64,000 nt of DNA. Source: Takakia lepidozioides (Eukaryota > Plantae > Bryophyta). Shown piece after piece: positions 1 to 11,080 of the stretch; position 1 is the stretch's first letter; each line of letters opens with the position of its first letter. The stretch covers positions 24,180,001-24,244,000 of the forward strand of contig CM060734.1 in the NCBI GenBank assembly GCA_030704615.1, written 5' to 3'. A program made the position numbers and the translations under genes. A model generated the notes under the pieces. It was given only the letters and a program-made list of their open reading frames with translations. It did not search any database and was not told the DNA's origin.

Positions 1-2336
1 GCTCTCACAGGGGTCGGTGGTGGAGGCTGTGGAAGCGGAAATGGTTCTTTGGGGACGTCAGTGCGCTGCACCATCCGAAATCCTGCGGCGGTAAGGGCGT
101 CGGCCTCAACCTGACTCAGATCGCAGCCTGGTTCCACCGGCCACACCGGGGGAGCCTCTGGCATTGTTTGTATGCCGTACTTGGGCTTTCCATACACGCA
201 AGTCATAATGTCGTGCCTGCAGAACCAGAACTGGGTGGTTGTCGCCTCCGCAAACTTTGCATGGACAAATCTTCTTGTAAAAGTAGGAGCAGGGACAGCC
301 CCATCTGGATTCCTCCTTATCATCTCTAAACAACGTTGCCGTGTATCCACACAAATTGCGGAATACCTTCCTCGAAACGACGGCTTTGTGCGAGCAATTC
401 TCCACTGTGAGGCAGACACAGTCGTCTCCACAATGGCTTGGCCATACTGCATAACAGCGGGCGGAATCTGGGGCAAGGGAGCGGTGGGAATTTTTTGCAC
501 GAAATCCCCGGTTGAAGGCGACGACGATCTGGAATTTCTTGGGCTTCCACTGCTGGAAGACACATTGTGCGGCAACATGACGGGACCTCGAGGTGCTATC
601 CGAATGTTCCTGTCGGATCTCCAGGAATCCTCTTCGCACCCGGGTTCCTCTTCAATCCTCCACCTGACAGGGCGAGTCCGGACGTCCCCCTCTAGGTGTT
701 CACCTCTGCGGTGCAGAGGCGTCCCTTTGATCTTCTCTCGCAATGCTGTCGCCCATTTCACTGGATTCTTGGACCTCGAAGCGGTTCGTACCAACAATTC
801 CTCCCTGTCCGGCCCAAAGCCCCATTGTTTGCCGCTCAGGAACTTGTAGTACGTGGCTTGCTGCATGATTGCTCTGTCGATGTCCTCCGTTGTGGCCGTC
901 ACTACGTCCACCAGATGTGCGGCAGAAGACGCTCGCCAAGAAGAGTGGACCGATTCTGCCATATTCGTGTTCGGCATGTCCGTGTTGGAATCCAAGCACC
1001 GCTCCTAGAAGGACACAAATAATGGTGAGGGACCAATCGAAATGTCCGTAACAGAAAGACAAATGAACGAAATTGACAGCAGCCTACCTCCCGCATGTAC
1101 TGTCTGAACTGTCGATACCAAAAATGCCACCACCCCAACCAGCTGTGCAATGCTCCCAGATTGGTTGTCTCCACTGCACCTGACATGTTCCACCAAGCCT
1201 CGATGATAGCAAACTTAACCTCCGCGTCATCAAATGTGGGTGCATCCTTCCACGCCGTACAAAGGACACGGTGTTCAGCCTGGAATGAGCTAGCAACAAA
1301 TTTGGTAGTGTAGTGGGATAGACTCTGCATCCAATGGAATCCACAGGATCTCTCTTTCCCCTCCATTGGAACATTGGGGTCCTCACCGTACACACGCCGC
1401 ACCGCTGCCCAGTTGGCCTGAGCGTTGTCTGCCATGAATCCCCTGAAATTGGGCTCTGGCAATCCCGCCCTTGCCATCTGCTCGTTTATGCCCTCCCACA
1501 AATGCATCTCGGACTGTGTGTCCTCCCCTTTCATCTCGCAGATTGCAATCGTCATGAGCCTCTTGGAGTGATAGTCATAAACATGCGCACCCATAGTCAC
1601 CCACTGATGGTTTGTAATTCGCTTGATGTGATCAAACATCACCCAAGCATTCGACAAGTTTCCAGTTGTCATGCGAGTGACCAAGTCGACTCCACTCCCA
1701 GGCCCACACGTCGACATTTTGAAAATGTAACAACTATCGGATTCGCTGCCTTGCCCTGGAAACCTGCTACCTTGGATGTAGTCATATCCAGTCATTCGTT
1801 TCACCTCCAGGATTGAGTACATGTCCGACCCCCTGCCGAACTCCTGCTTGCAAGATACGATGTGATTCCGCACATTCGGACTACAAACGTGCGAGACGGA
1901 CTCCAAGAGGTCACGCATCTCGTCTTCGGTCAAAGGCTCTCGGTTGGAACCATCTTCAGACATGATTTTGCCAAGAGCAATCTTGTGGGCTGCCTTCAGC
2001 TGAATCTGCTTTGGTCTGGCTCCGGGGCTCAATTTCACCTCCTCTTTTATGATGTCGTGTGCTTCATGCACAGCCTCACGCATGTTGCCTCTCGCCAAGG
2101 GGTGGCAGTGGACCCCAACGTGTATGCAAGCTCTAGTCAAGTCCGGGAGCAAATGGATAACGTAATATTGCTTGGCTCTACACATGGACATGCACGTCGG
2201 TGGTTCTTTGCAATGTGCACACTTGAAAGAACCCGCAGGAGCTTGGCTGGAGACAATGAATGGATGATGCGTTGTGCCAGTCCAATCCGTCTCGTTTCTC
2301 CGCCCTCCTTTGGAGAGAAAGTGGAAGCAGGTGGGA
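1..2336 (-). pseudogene. Mutator-like (MULE) DDE transposase, copy A; 5' end deleted, 3' end runs off the window
   Basis: Exon ~2336-1088 has WVMFDH (D1), FMADNAQAN (D2) and CGFHW (CxxH). A GT-AG intron spans 1087-1005. Exon 1004-1 starts with MPNTNMAESVH (E) and reads in frame through PAPTFT..FWFC..VWPV. Colinear with copy B and shares its intron position. Confidence 0.85.
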
Positions 2337-2337
2337 A

Positions 2338-5300
2338 CTGGCACACTCGCAACGACGAATTCGAGGCGACGCTGAAGGGTGATCCAGACTTCGGCCATAT
2401 GTCTGGTAAAATGTTCTTTGTGTGGGACGGGAATCACCGACTTCTCGCCTGGTGGGAGTACATCAAGTAGAACCATGCCAAGCACATTGGCTGGCATTAC
2501 ATGGTGGATCCTCAAGGTGAAGGCGGCAGACTCCTCCCTGCTCAAGAATGCCATGGCGGACCTCAACTCGTAAGATACTCATACCCTCCCTAGCACGTTC
2601 GAAATGCGGTGCCGCATTTTGGTTTCCATTCTGGTTTGTTTCCGTGCTTCCGTGTACTGAACTGGAGAGTGTGCCTTGCAGGGTCACTGAGAATGCGTAC
2701 GTGCATACCCACATGGCACATATGCTGTACAGGGTGAGGAAAACTGGTCTCACTGATCCGCAGATGTTTGCGGAAATGCTGGAGCCCGAGCTCATTCAGA
2801 AAGTCGTTGCAAAAACAGGCCGGACATGGTATCGTCTCACTATGGATGGAATGGTGGAGGTGATATACGAAGTAAGTCGTCCTCCAATTTCCCTCTGCTC
2901 ATCCTTCCCCAATTTCCAGTAATCTTTCCACATGAATCGAATGTAACGCTTCTGCATGTTTTTGTTGGCAGTCAAACATCAAGCTGGATTTGGCCCATGC
3001 CAAACGCTTCTTCATGGAAAGTGAGGGGCAGGTCAAAACGTTGCAGTCATTGACTGAGCACTTGAAGGAAGCCGGTGTCAAGTCCAGAACCAAATACAAG
3101 TCAAAGCTTGTGAAGCTGGTGGCAATTGCAGATCCGGCACTTGGAAAGGACTTCATCCCCGAGATTGCAAAACACTATTCTCGGGCCATGCAGCCGACCA
3201 TGCAATTGGAGAAACTGCATCACCTCTCAACGGCATGTGTGGAGGCGAAAGAGAAGGTGAGGTTTCAATGCACTGAAGTTCCTTCCTAGCAATAGCCACT
3301 CTCTTCCAGCTCCTGACATTGGATCGGAAATGGCAGACACGGTGGCTGTCGATCTGAAATGCATCCGAGAGCATAAGGACAATGTGGTCTTTTCCACTCG
3401 AAGTTTCCGACCCTGCAGTGGATGTGTGGCTCAACCGTATGACTTGGTGGTTCCAGGTAATTCAAGGTACTTCCCCAGATTTGCTTTTCTGAAATGAATT
3501 CCCTGAACTGCTACGTGACAATGCATTTGGGAATCGCAGGTAATGTCGAATGCGAAGGAGCAAGTCGTAATGCACACAAATTCATTCGGCTTGTACGTCA
3601 AATGGGATGGAACACAGACATTGGAAGACTACGTGACACGTTTCAGATGTGCGTACAAGGACAACATTTTCACCAGAGAGCTACAGACAGCAAGAAGGAG
3701 CGTGGAGTTTACACATCAGGAGGGAGCGGGGAAAGCTGCAATGCGAATTGTTTACAGGTGAAGCACAGCTGCCCTTGTATGCGAAGCCTGGTTACGAGGT
3801 TTGTCTCAGAAATGCGGCACCGCATTCGCATTTCATGTTTTCGGTGGCACTCTGCGAGTAGGTTGGTCTCAACTTTTGCTCATGCATGCTAACTACCTTG
3901 CAGGTATATGAAATACGTGCTCCTTCAGACAGGGGCCCTGGCTCAAGAGCCCCCGTTCTTCATGGCTTGGACCGTGGCGGGCCCAAGCTGTGTCTACACA
4001 CCTGAGATGCAGAAACAATGGCATCCCGCGCATCTCGTTGGATGCCCGTGGTACCTGGACATGTCTGACGGTATTGTTGACGAGTCTGAGAAAGATCTGC
4101 ATGCCTTGGCAGAAGAGAAGAGAAAGGAAAGACGTGTCCCTGCTGGGCCAAAGTCGGCAAAGGAATCTGCTGCTCTGGAAGAATCCAGAAAGGCAGCTGA
4201 GATGGCACAAAAGACGGTGGATGCAGCTGTGCAGGCCCAACAGAAGGGGTCAAAGAAGAGGACTCGCCAGCAAGGAGCAGCTGTTGTGACACCCGCCAAA
4301 ACGAAGAAGCAGAAACAGCCTGTTCAGGAAGAGGGTGAGGAAGAGGACTCCGATGGAGACTTTGCAACCAGCCCACCCCCCCAAACGCAGGCTGCCTCCC
4401 CTGTGCCCACCGTTGTCACGAGAGGCACGAGAACTGGCTCGGCAAAGAAGGCACTCTTCAACCCCCCAGGGGGGCACCCTTTCGAGCCGGTGGAAATGAA
4501 GAGGCCGAAAGTGGCTCCCAAAACAGTAGTCCAGTGTGTAAATGAGAGTTTCTTGGCGGCTTTGGATGGACGGGCAGCCAAGTTGGCATACATGAAGACC
4601 ATCGAGGGTCTGAAGGGCAGAGCACTGAAGAAGGCGATTGCCGAAGAGCCTTCTGACACCCCAGGATTTCAGAATATGGTCTCGTTCTTTGAGAGGGTGT
4701 GTGCAGACAAGGATTGTAGGAGGGGCGGAAATGCCACCGAGTGGTCTTGCGATATGATCATCTTGGATATTCCGGACGGAGAGCCTGTGGAAGGACTGCA
4801 AGCTTTGCCATCTTGGAACAGGTACTCGGAGGACTTTTGGAAGAAAGGATTCGGGCTTGCCCGCATGGTGTTGGACGACAGAGGCTGTGTGGTTGTCCTG
4901 GCGAGCAGAGGAAAAAACACTCAGACAGGAATTGCGAAGTGGACCCGCAAGAGCGCCGTCCCGATTCTGAAAAAGAAGTGGACGTGCATCAACACAGTGG
5001 GCCTTCGGTCGGAAGGGAAGAAGGTGATTACGACACTGGCACTCGTCCATTCATTTGCTTGGGTGTTTTCAAATGCGGTGCCGCATTCGGTTTCTAATCG
5101 TTCCCCCCTGTGTATGCAGACGAAGCAGTTCGATGCATACTGCTTTGTGAAGGAGAACTCCACCTTTGCTTTCCGGAAGGAGGGAGGAAAGGTTGACCCG
5201 AACTGCGACCCCCTCGATTACGACGTTCTGTTCAACAACGTTCCCAAGGAACTTCTCCCTCATAGCCTCACTTCAACGGAACCCCTGCGGTACTCACGGA

Positions 5301-6108
5301 CTCGGAGCCCTGCCTTCATTCAGACAATTATGGAGACATGCACAGACGTGGAGGGCACAGTGCTCGACCTCATCTGTGGGATAGGTATGCAGAATCTTGA
5401 TCTATGCGTTCTGCAAATTCTCGTTAGGATGTAGTTCGCAACATCTGAAGCGCCATGTGGTAATGTGTGGATGGCATTGTAACAGGTGCCTCAATGTGGG
5501 CTGGGCGGTTTTCCGACCGGCACCTCTTTGCCTACGAGGAGGATTCATCCGTGTGGGGATCCCATCTGGAAGGGCTGCAACGGAATGTTAAGGCTCCCGA
5601 CAGAGCGGAAGTCTCCTCGGATTCGTCGGAGTCCGAGGAAGACACAGTGGACATTGATGCGGAGGAGAACCTGGAATACGAGTGAGTGCAAACATTGTAA
5701 GTTTGCAAAGCCTTCTGGGTCATTTTTGTCAAACGAATTTCCCGACTGTGGTTCTCATTAGTCTCGTTGATGATTGTCATGTGCAGGATTGCAGGGTCCG
5801 GGTCGAAACATGTAGGGCCTACACTTCCTGCCAGGAAGAATGTCCCGTTCTTTGCGAGGGCCGACTTCATGACGAGCCCGGTGAGGGACTACTCCCTTCC
5901 TAGTTATGCAGCTAAACTCGCAAATACAGCGATTAGAAGAAGTGAGAATCCCAGTAAAGTAGAGCAGATTTTGAAGAGGGCTAGGGAGGACAGAAGGATA
6001 AGGAAAGAGTTGGCAGCAGCTCAGACAGGTAGACGGGTACGAAAGTACATATGTGATTCAGCGGATGAGAGCGACGCAGACAGGGAGGAAGAGACCCAAC
6101 GGAGGTGA
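2338..6108 (+). pseudogene. ParB/Srx-like + N6A/N4C (beta-class) DNA methyltransferase-like fusion gene, copy A, multi-exon
   Basis: FFVWDGNHRLLAW near 2415-2455; CDMIILDIPDG (motif IV position); RSPAFIQTIMETCTDVEGTVLDLICGIG|ASMWAGRFSDRHLFAYEED (motif X/I/II pattern). Introns include 2570-2681, 3758-3903, 5024-5119 and 5385-5485. Stop at 2468 plus a nearby frameshift. Last exon (LPSYAAKLA..RKYICDSADE) matches copy B. Confidence 0.8.
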
Positions 6109-6390
6109 GATGGACAGTTCCGCAAGGGGAAGATGGGATTTTCGAAAGCCTGGCCAACGAGCAGTCCGCTGGAGATGAGAAAGGCACTGAGGGGGTGGAG
6201 GCGGAGCAGGACAGTCTAGAACATGATGAGGATTGGATGATTTTCAAGATTAATAGAATTTTAATGAAATCTCTGTAAATGTAAATTCTCTTCCAGAGTA
6301 TATAAAGGAAATTCTGCCCGACATTCGTGACCCCTCTCCAGTGTGCATTCCAGCCACACAATCGCCCAAACCACGACGCTCCCAAAATCA

Positions 6391-7125
6391 GAAATGGGGC
6401 ACCGCATTTCCAAAATTTTGGCAACTCTAAGAACCTCTTTTGGAAATGCGGCACCGCATTTCCAAAACAGGGGAGGGACTAAATTTTCCATTTCAATGTT
6501 GGCATAGTAAAAGGTAATCGGCCAATTGGAAATGCGGTGCCGCATTTCCAAAATTTCCTTTGTCCACACGCCAGTTTTGGCCTCTCCCGCTCATTGCATG
6601 GATGCCACCACGCTTACAGAGGTCGAACAAGGAGGTCGAACAAGGAGGTCGAGATGGCGGAATTGAAAATGCGGTGCCGCATTTCCATATTGGGGATGGT
6701 CGTTGTTCGAACTGCAGGCCCATCAGCAAAAATTGGCACCGCATTCCATTGTAAAAAAAAAGTCGATGACGGACATGGAAATGCGGCGCCGCATTTCCAG
6801 AACGGACATCGCAATTTGTCCATTTGCAGACCCTCTCACGGAAATGCGGTAACGCATTCCAACGCGCTGGTCGGAAATGTCACACTTTTCGAAGTGTTGG
6901 ACGGAAATGCGGCACCGCATTCCCTTGTCCAAAAAGAAGTTTCCATTGCCAAGCTGGAAATGCGTCGCCACATTTGCAATGCCAACCTCGTTGTCTGTCC
7001 AATTTATAGACCCGTGTTGGTATTTCGTGTACCTGGACGGAAATGATGCACCGCATTTCATTGTCTGACACTGAAATGTGGTTCATACATTTCCATGTCG
7101 GCATGGAAATGCGGTGCCGCATTTC
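6391..7125. repeat. Cluster of ~12 copies of palindrome GAAATGCGG(TG/CA)CCGCATTTC (motif A) with irregular spacers
   Basis: Copies at about 6391, 6443, 6529, 6666, 6730 (degenerate), 6778, 6841, 6904, 6957, 7040, 7073 (degenerate) and 7106. Isolated copies at 2601, 3809, 5071 and 8243. Confidence 0.95.
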
Positions 7126-7382
7126 AATGTCCGACATGGCGTTACTCTGGTATATTCTTGACACATGACTCACATACCGGTTACTCTGCTATATTCATCC
7201 GGACAGACACATTGTAGAAATGAGACATCAAATTGTAAACAGTGGGCCAATTCCGACAGTTATTCAACAGAATGAAACACAATCACACAGAAGTGAGGTA
7301 CGATGGGTTTATTGATTGGACACGATGTCTCACATTTACCAACTGCAGACAAAACTAAGCCCTTCCTCCTTCTACATGGGCT

Positions 7383-7961
7383 TCACCAAGTCGACGGAAC
7401 TTCGATACCCCTCAAAACAAGCTCATCACTGCTGCGGCACCTTGAGGTAAACTGCAATTCGGTCGTTCTGCTGCCCTTGCTGGAGCCGACGACAATGTCA
7501 TGTCCATCAATGATACCACCATCATACATTGACAAGGTCACTGTGGGCCTCATGTGCCTGTGCGATTCGTCTTCGCAACTCAGCCGAATGTCTCCATACA
7601 CTGGAAGAGCGGAGTGATCTGCACGTATATAGTTTTCCCCGGTGTCGTCCTCCCTGGTCCACTGGCAGCAGTTCCAGCGCCAAAGCGAGGCCGTGCGTGA
7701 TCTGTCCGACATCCCTTTCCAGCTTGGTATATCGAGGTCAACAATTTTCAGGACCCACGGACCGCATTGACCCTCGCCCTCACCTCGCTCAAAGCGGTAA
7801 TAGCCCTCCAGATACTCCATTGCGCGCAAAGACTCTTGCTTGATTCCAGCAGCGTCTGTGAAAACAGAGAGCCAGACAATGATGTCTCCTGATTTTGGTT
7901 TGAACATAGCATAATCGTGGCCATGATAAGGGAAGTCGGCTGGATTTCGGCGGCACGGCAT
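7383..7961 (-). CDS. Orphan protein o1 (~192 aa), paralog of o2
   Basis: Intact ORF MPCRRNPADFPYHGHDYAMF..WRWNCCQWT..YGDIRL..YDGGIIDGHDIVV..ELVLRGIEVP, aligning end to end with 8518-9081. Confidence 0.75.
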   Translation of the reverse strand: MPCRRNPADFPYHGHDYAMFKPKSGDIIVWLSVFTDAAGIKQESLRAMEYLEGYYRFERGEGEGQCGPWVLKIVDLDIPSWKGMSDRSRTASLWRWNCCQWTREDDTGENYIRADHSALPVYGDIRLSCEDESHRHMRPTVTLSMYDGGIIDGHDIVVGSSKGSRTTELQFTSRCRSSDELVLRGIEVPSTW

Positions 7962-8517
7962 CCTTGAAAAAGAGTAGCGGAGTACGCTCAATGACAGCAG
8001 CTCCCGGATGGAGGAGGAGCAGCGCGATGGCTGGAAAAAGTTCAAGCTAACGCTGCAATTCCTCACAAACACTCCAGGGCACATTTAAATTTCCCCCCTA
8101 CAGGATCCTGGACCGATGAAGATTGGCTGCTTCATGAATGTAGCCGTTTCAGTTTCCTACCCTGCCATGCAAACTATGGGCACTCACTGCCAGGTGGGCC
8201 GATAGCCACTGGACACGACGAAGTCCATCCCCTCTTCGATGTAAATGCGGCGCCGAATTTCCATCCGGGGGGATGGACTTCGGTGGCAGATCTCAAACTA
8301 TAACTTGTTGATGAGAAAGATGTATGGGTTCATCCACCGCCGGCGTGATGAACACGTTCCACCTCCGTCGGTGGGTACGTGGGACCCAGATGCTCCATTA
8401 TTGGAGGCCGGACTGTTCTTCCGCTTCGCATCATTTCCAAAATCTAAGGGCTTCATAGCTGTCCGCAAGGTCATTGTCATCTGCATCCAAGTCGTCCTCA
8501 GGTCCTCCTTTGCAAGG

Positions 8518-9081
8518 ATGCCGTGCTTCCGGAACCGGGACGACTGCCCATTTGGAGGCATCGATTATGCAATGTATTCGGCCACATCGGGAGACATTGT
8601 TATCTGGTACACAGATTACAGAGAAGATACTGGTTCGATTGTGGAAACATTGGTGGCTTTTGAGTATATCCTAGGCCACTACGCCTTCGAGCGGGGTGAC
8701 GATCTTGGTCTAAGGAGTCCGTGGCTCCTGCGCATCCTCGATTCCGATTTTCCCAGCTACGACGGTCACCCATGCAGAAGAAGGCGCACTGCTATGCTGT
8801 TGCGGTGGAACTGCTGCCACTGGACGTGGGTGGACTCCATCGGAGAGACCTATTCTCCTCAAGGAGTGCGCTCCTCTTCTCCATTGTATGGGGACATTCG
8901 CATTGGTGTGGACGACGAAAACGTGAAGATTTCCATATTCGATGGTGGTATGATTGAAGGGCAGGACATTGTGGTGAACATCACTAGGGGCGGTACAACG
9001 CCTGCAATCGACTTTACATGGAGGAGCCCCATGACTCATGAGCTAGTTCTGAGAGCAGTCAAAGTCCCATTGACAACATGA
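8518..9081 (+). CDS. Orphan protein o2 (~187 aa), paralog of o1
   Basis: Intact ORF MPCFRNRDDCPFGGIDYAMY..LRWNCCHWT..YGDIRI..FDGGMIEGQDIVV..ELVLRAVKVP. Confidence 0.75.
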   Translation: MPCFRNRDDCPFGGIDYAMYSATSGDIVIWYTDYREDTGSIVETLVAFEYILGHYAFERGDDLGLRSPWLLRILDSDFPSYDGHPCRRRRTAMLLRWNCCHWTWVDSIGETYSPQGVRSSSPLYGDIRIGVDDENVKISIFDGGMIEGQDIVVNITRGGTTPAIDFTWRSPMTHELVLRAVKVPLTT

Positions 9082-9641
9082 CTTGTATTCAGTAGGCACA
9101 GGGCTAAAGATTTGATTGCACAATCAGCACAGTAGACGTGCTTCAAATGCAATTCATGTGGATCAATAAAAACCTCATTGTGCCCTCTTTTTATTCTATT
9201 CTGTGTCCATCGTTCCCAGAATGCGTCATTGCTCATTTCGTTTGGGATTGGGAGTGTGGGTGGATTTTGCAAGTGGCTGGTAGGCTGAAATGGGCCCCCA
9301 TTGTACAGAGCAGTACCACCCTACCATTCGCGAAACATTGCCTTTCAATATATAATTCTAAATAACATTGCCGAACCTCCTTCATCGGGAGGTCGTTCTC
9401 CCCCTATGACCGTGGCACCCTAAACCCTATTCCCGCGGACACTCATTTCCGGAAAATAGTGTTGCTCGTGTTTTTTTCCACACTTACGACTCTGCTCATG
9501 GCTCATGAAATAGCAGCCCCCTCCGGGGGGAACAAAACAAACATCTCATTTGGCTTCGATGTCATCTTACAAACAGTAAGGTTAGTTTCACTTGCATGGG
9601 CACAGAAGCACTTCCCCCAATGACCCCATCCTCTCCCGCAT

Positions 9642-10385
9642 TCAAGCTGCCAGTCGGGGCAGCTTCCGCGTGCTTGTGAAGACATGCACATCCTTGGAGC
9701 AAAATAAATCTTGGCAGTAGGGCCAGACTGTTTCTAAAAGGTAGTCTGAATCGGGCCCCTCACTGACATTGCCAGTAACATCAAACGACAATGGATGGAC
9801 CATGTTCAAACGGGAGTTCCCCTTCCCCTTGTGTGGTGAATCGTCCACTAAGAGGGTGTTGGATTCGTTAAATCCAGAAAATTCCGACCACACCCTCGAC
9901 AGTCTCTTCTGTAAGTTCTGTACGGCAGGCCCTTTTGTGGGGTGTGGCTCTGTCGAGGGGTCACACTCCTCTTGTGACCACACGAAGAGGGGAGAACCCT
10001 TGACCCCCCGCATCACCACTTTCAAGATGTCTGCAACATTCCCCTTGGAAGCACAGGACCATATCCCAACGTAGAAATACCGGAAGAGAAGGTTTAAAAA
10101 CTTGCAGACCTGGGGCCTTGGGAAAACATACTTGTTGGTGGTCAACACCCATGGCCAATGACGCCTCGGGTTGGGCTGAAAGTTAGGAATAGAGTGGCAT
10201 AGGATCCCGTTCAGGTCTAGAACAATTAGTTTTGACTTCTCAATGAAAGGAGCTTTTGAAGGGGTGTCACGGGGTCTCACCTCAGTGGGTTGGGAGACAA
10301 CAGTCACCCTGGAGGGCAAAGTTTCGGTTCCCCTGCAGCCTGGACCAGGCAAACTACCACCCTCTCCTCCCCCTATAGCTTCCAT
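9642..10385 (-). CDS. FCP1/NIF-homology HAD phosphatase-like protein
   Basis: LIVLDLNGILCH, FPRPQVCKFL, VGIWSCA, LFVWSQEEC, KRLSRVW and NTLLVDDSPHK are the NIF/FCP1 motif series. Intact, intronless, 247 aa. Confidence 0.85.
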   Translation of the reverse strand: MEAIGGGEGGSLPGPGCRGTETLPSRVTVVSQPTEVRPRDTPSKAPFIEKSKLIVLDLNGILCHSIPNFQPNPRRHWPWVLTTNKYVFPRPQVCKFLNLLFRYFYVGIWSCASKGNVADILKVVMRGVKGSPLFVWSQEECDPSTEPHPTKGPAVQNLQKRLSRVWSEFSGFNESNTLLVDDSPHKGKGNSRLNMVHPLSFDVTGNVSEGPDSDYLLETVWPYCQDLFCSKDVHVFTSTRKLPRLAA

Positions 10386-11080
10386 TTTCCCCCATCATCA
10401 GCAATGACCCCCCCCATCGTCCATGTCATCCCCACCAACTTGCTGGACCTCTCCCCCTTCAACGAGTGGACCCTACCCCCCATTGTGAATATCATCAACA
10501 ACAGGCTGGACCTCGGTCACATCCCTACCCACTACAATTACTTCTTCCTTGTCAGGTACAATGGTCGCAGCAGGGGGGTCTTCCATAGTGCCGCTCCACC
10601 CATCGGGGGGTGCTATTCCGTGAGCCCGGAGGCGTGAGCCTGTGAGCCCAGCACAGGCTCACGCCACGTCAGCATGCAAACAGTGCCTATTTCCGCGGAT
10701 GTCACCTATTTCCGCGGGTTGATGTGGGTAGAATTGAGAATGCCTGAACAGTTTTTGATGAGGTGGACTTCACCGTGATGGATTCACCAACCATTCTTCT
10801 AGCAGGAATAGTTTGGGGACCAACTAGCAAATGATGCGAGAATGCTCTACACGAACCAAAGTGGTTTGTTTGTTTTCGCAATGTACTCAAGTCTGTGAGG
10901 TCCACAAAACACCAAATAGATTGAAGGAACAATCCAGGCAGTCCATGCAACCCCCATCTCCAACAATAGTTTGTAACCATGAATGTGAATTCCACGCACA
11001 CATTGCAAACAAGACAACAAGGACACACAACCATCCCATTTCAAATTTGGCCCAGAATTAAACCAAAAGAAAACTTCATA

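Noticed and set aside
1862-2566. Genuine overlapping antisense genes
   Set aside because: Homology on each strand stops at ~2336; the overlap is read-through across a deletion junction.
6391-7125. CRISPR-like repeat-spacer array and the overlapping short ORFs
   Set aside because: Spacer lengths are highly irregular, the same motif is dispersed in introns, and the ORFs are translations of the palindrome (KCGAAF/EMRHRI).
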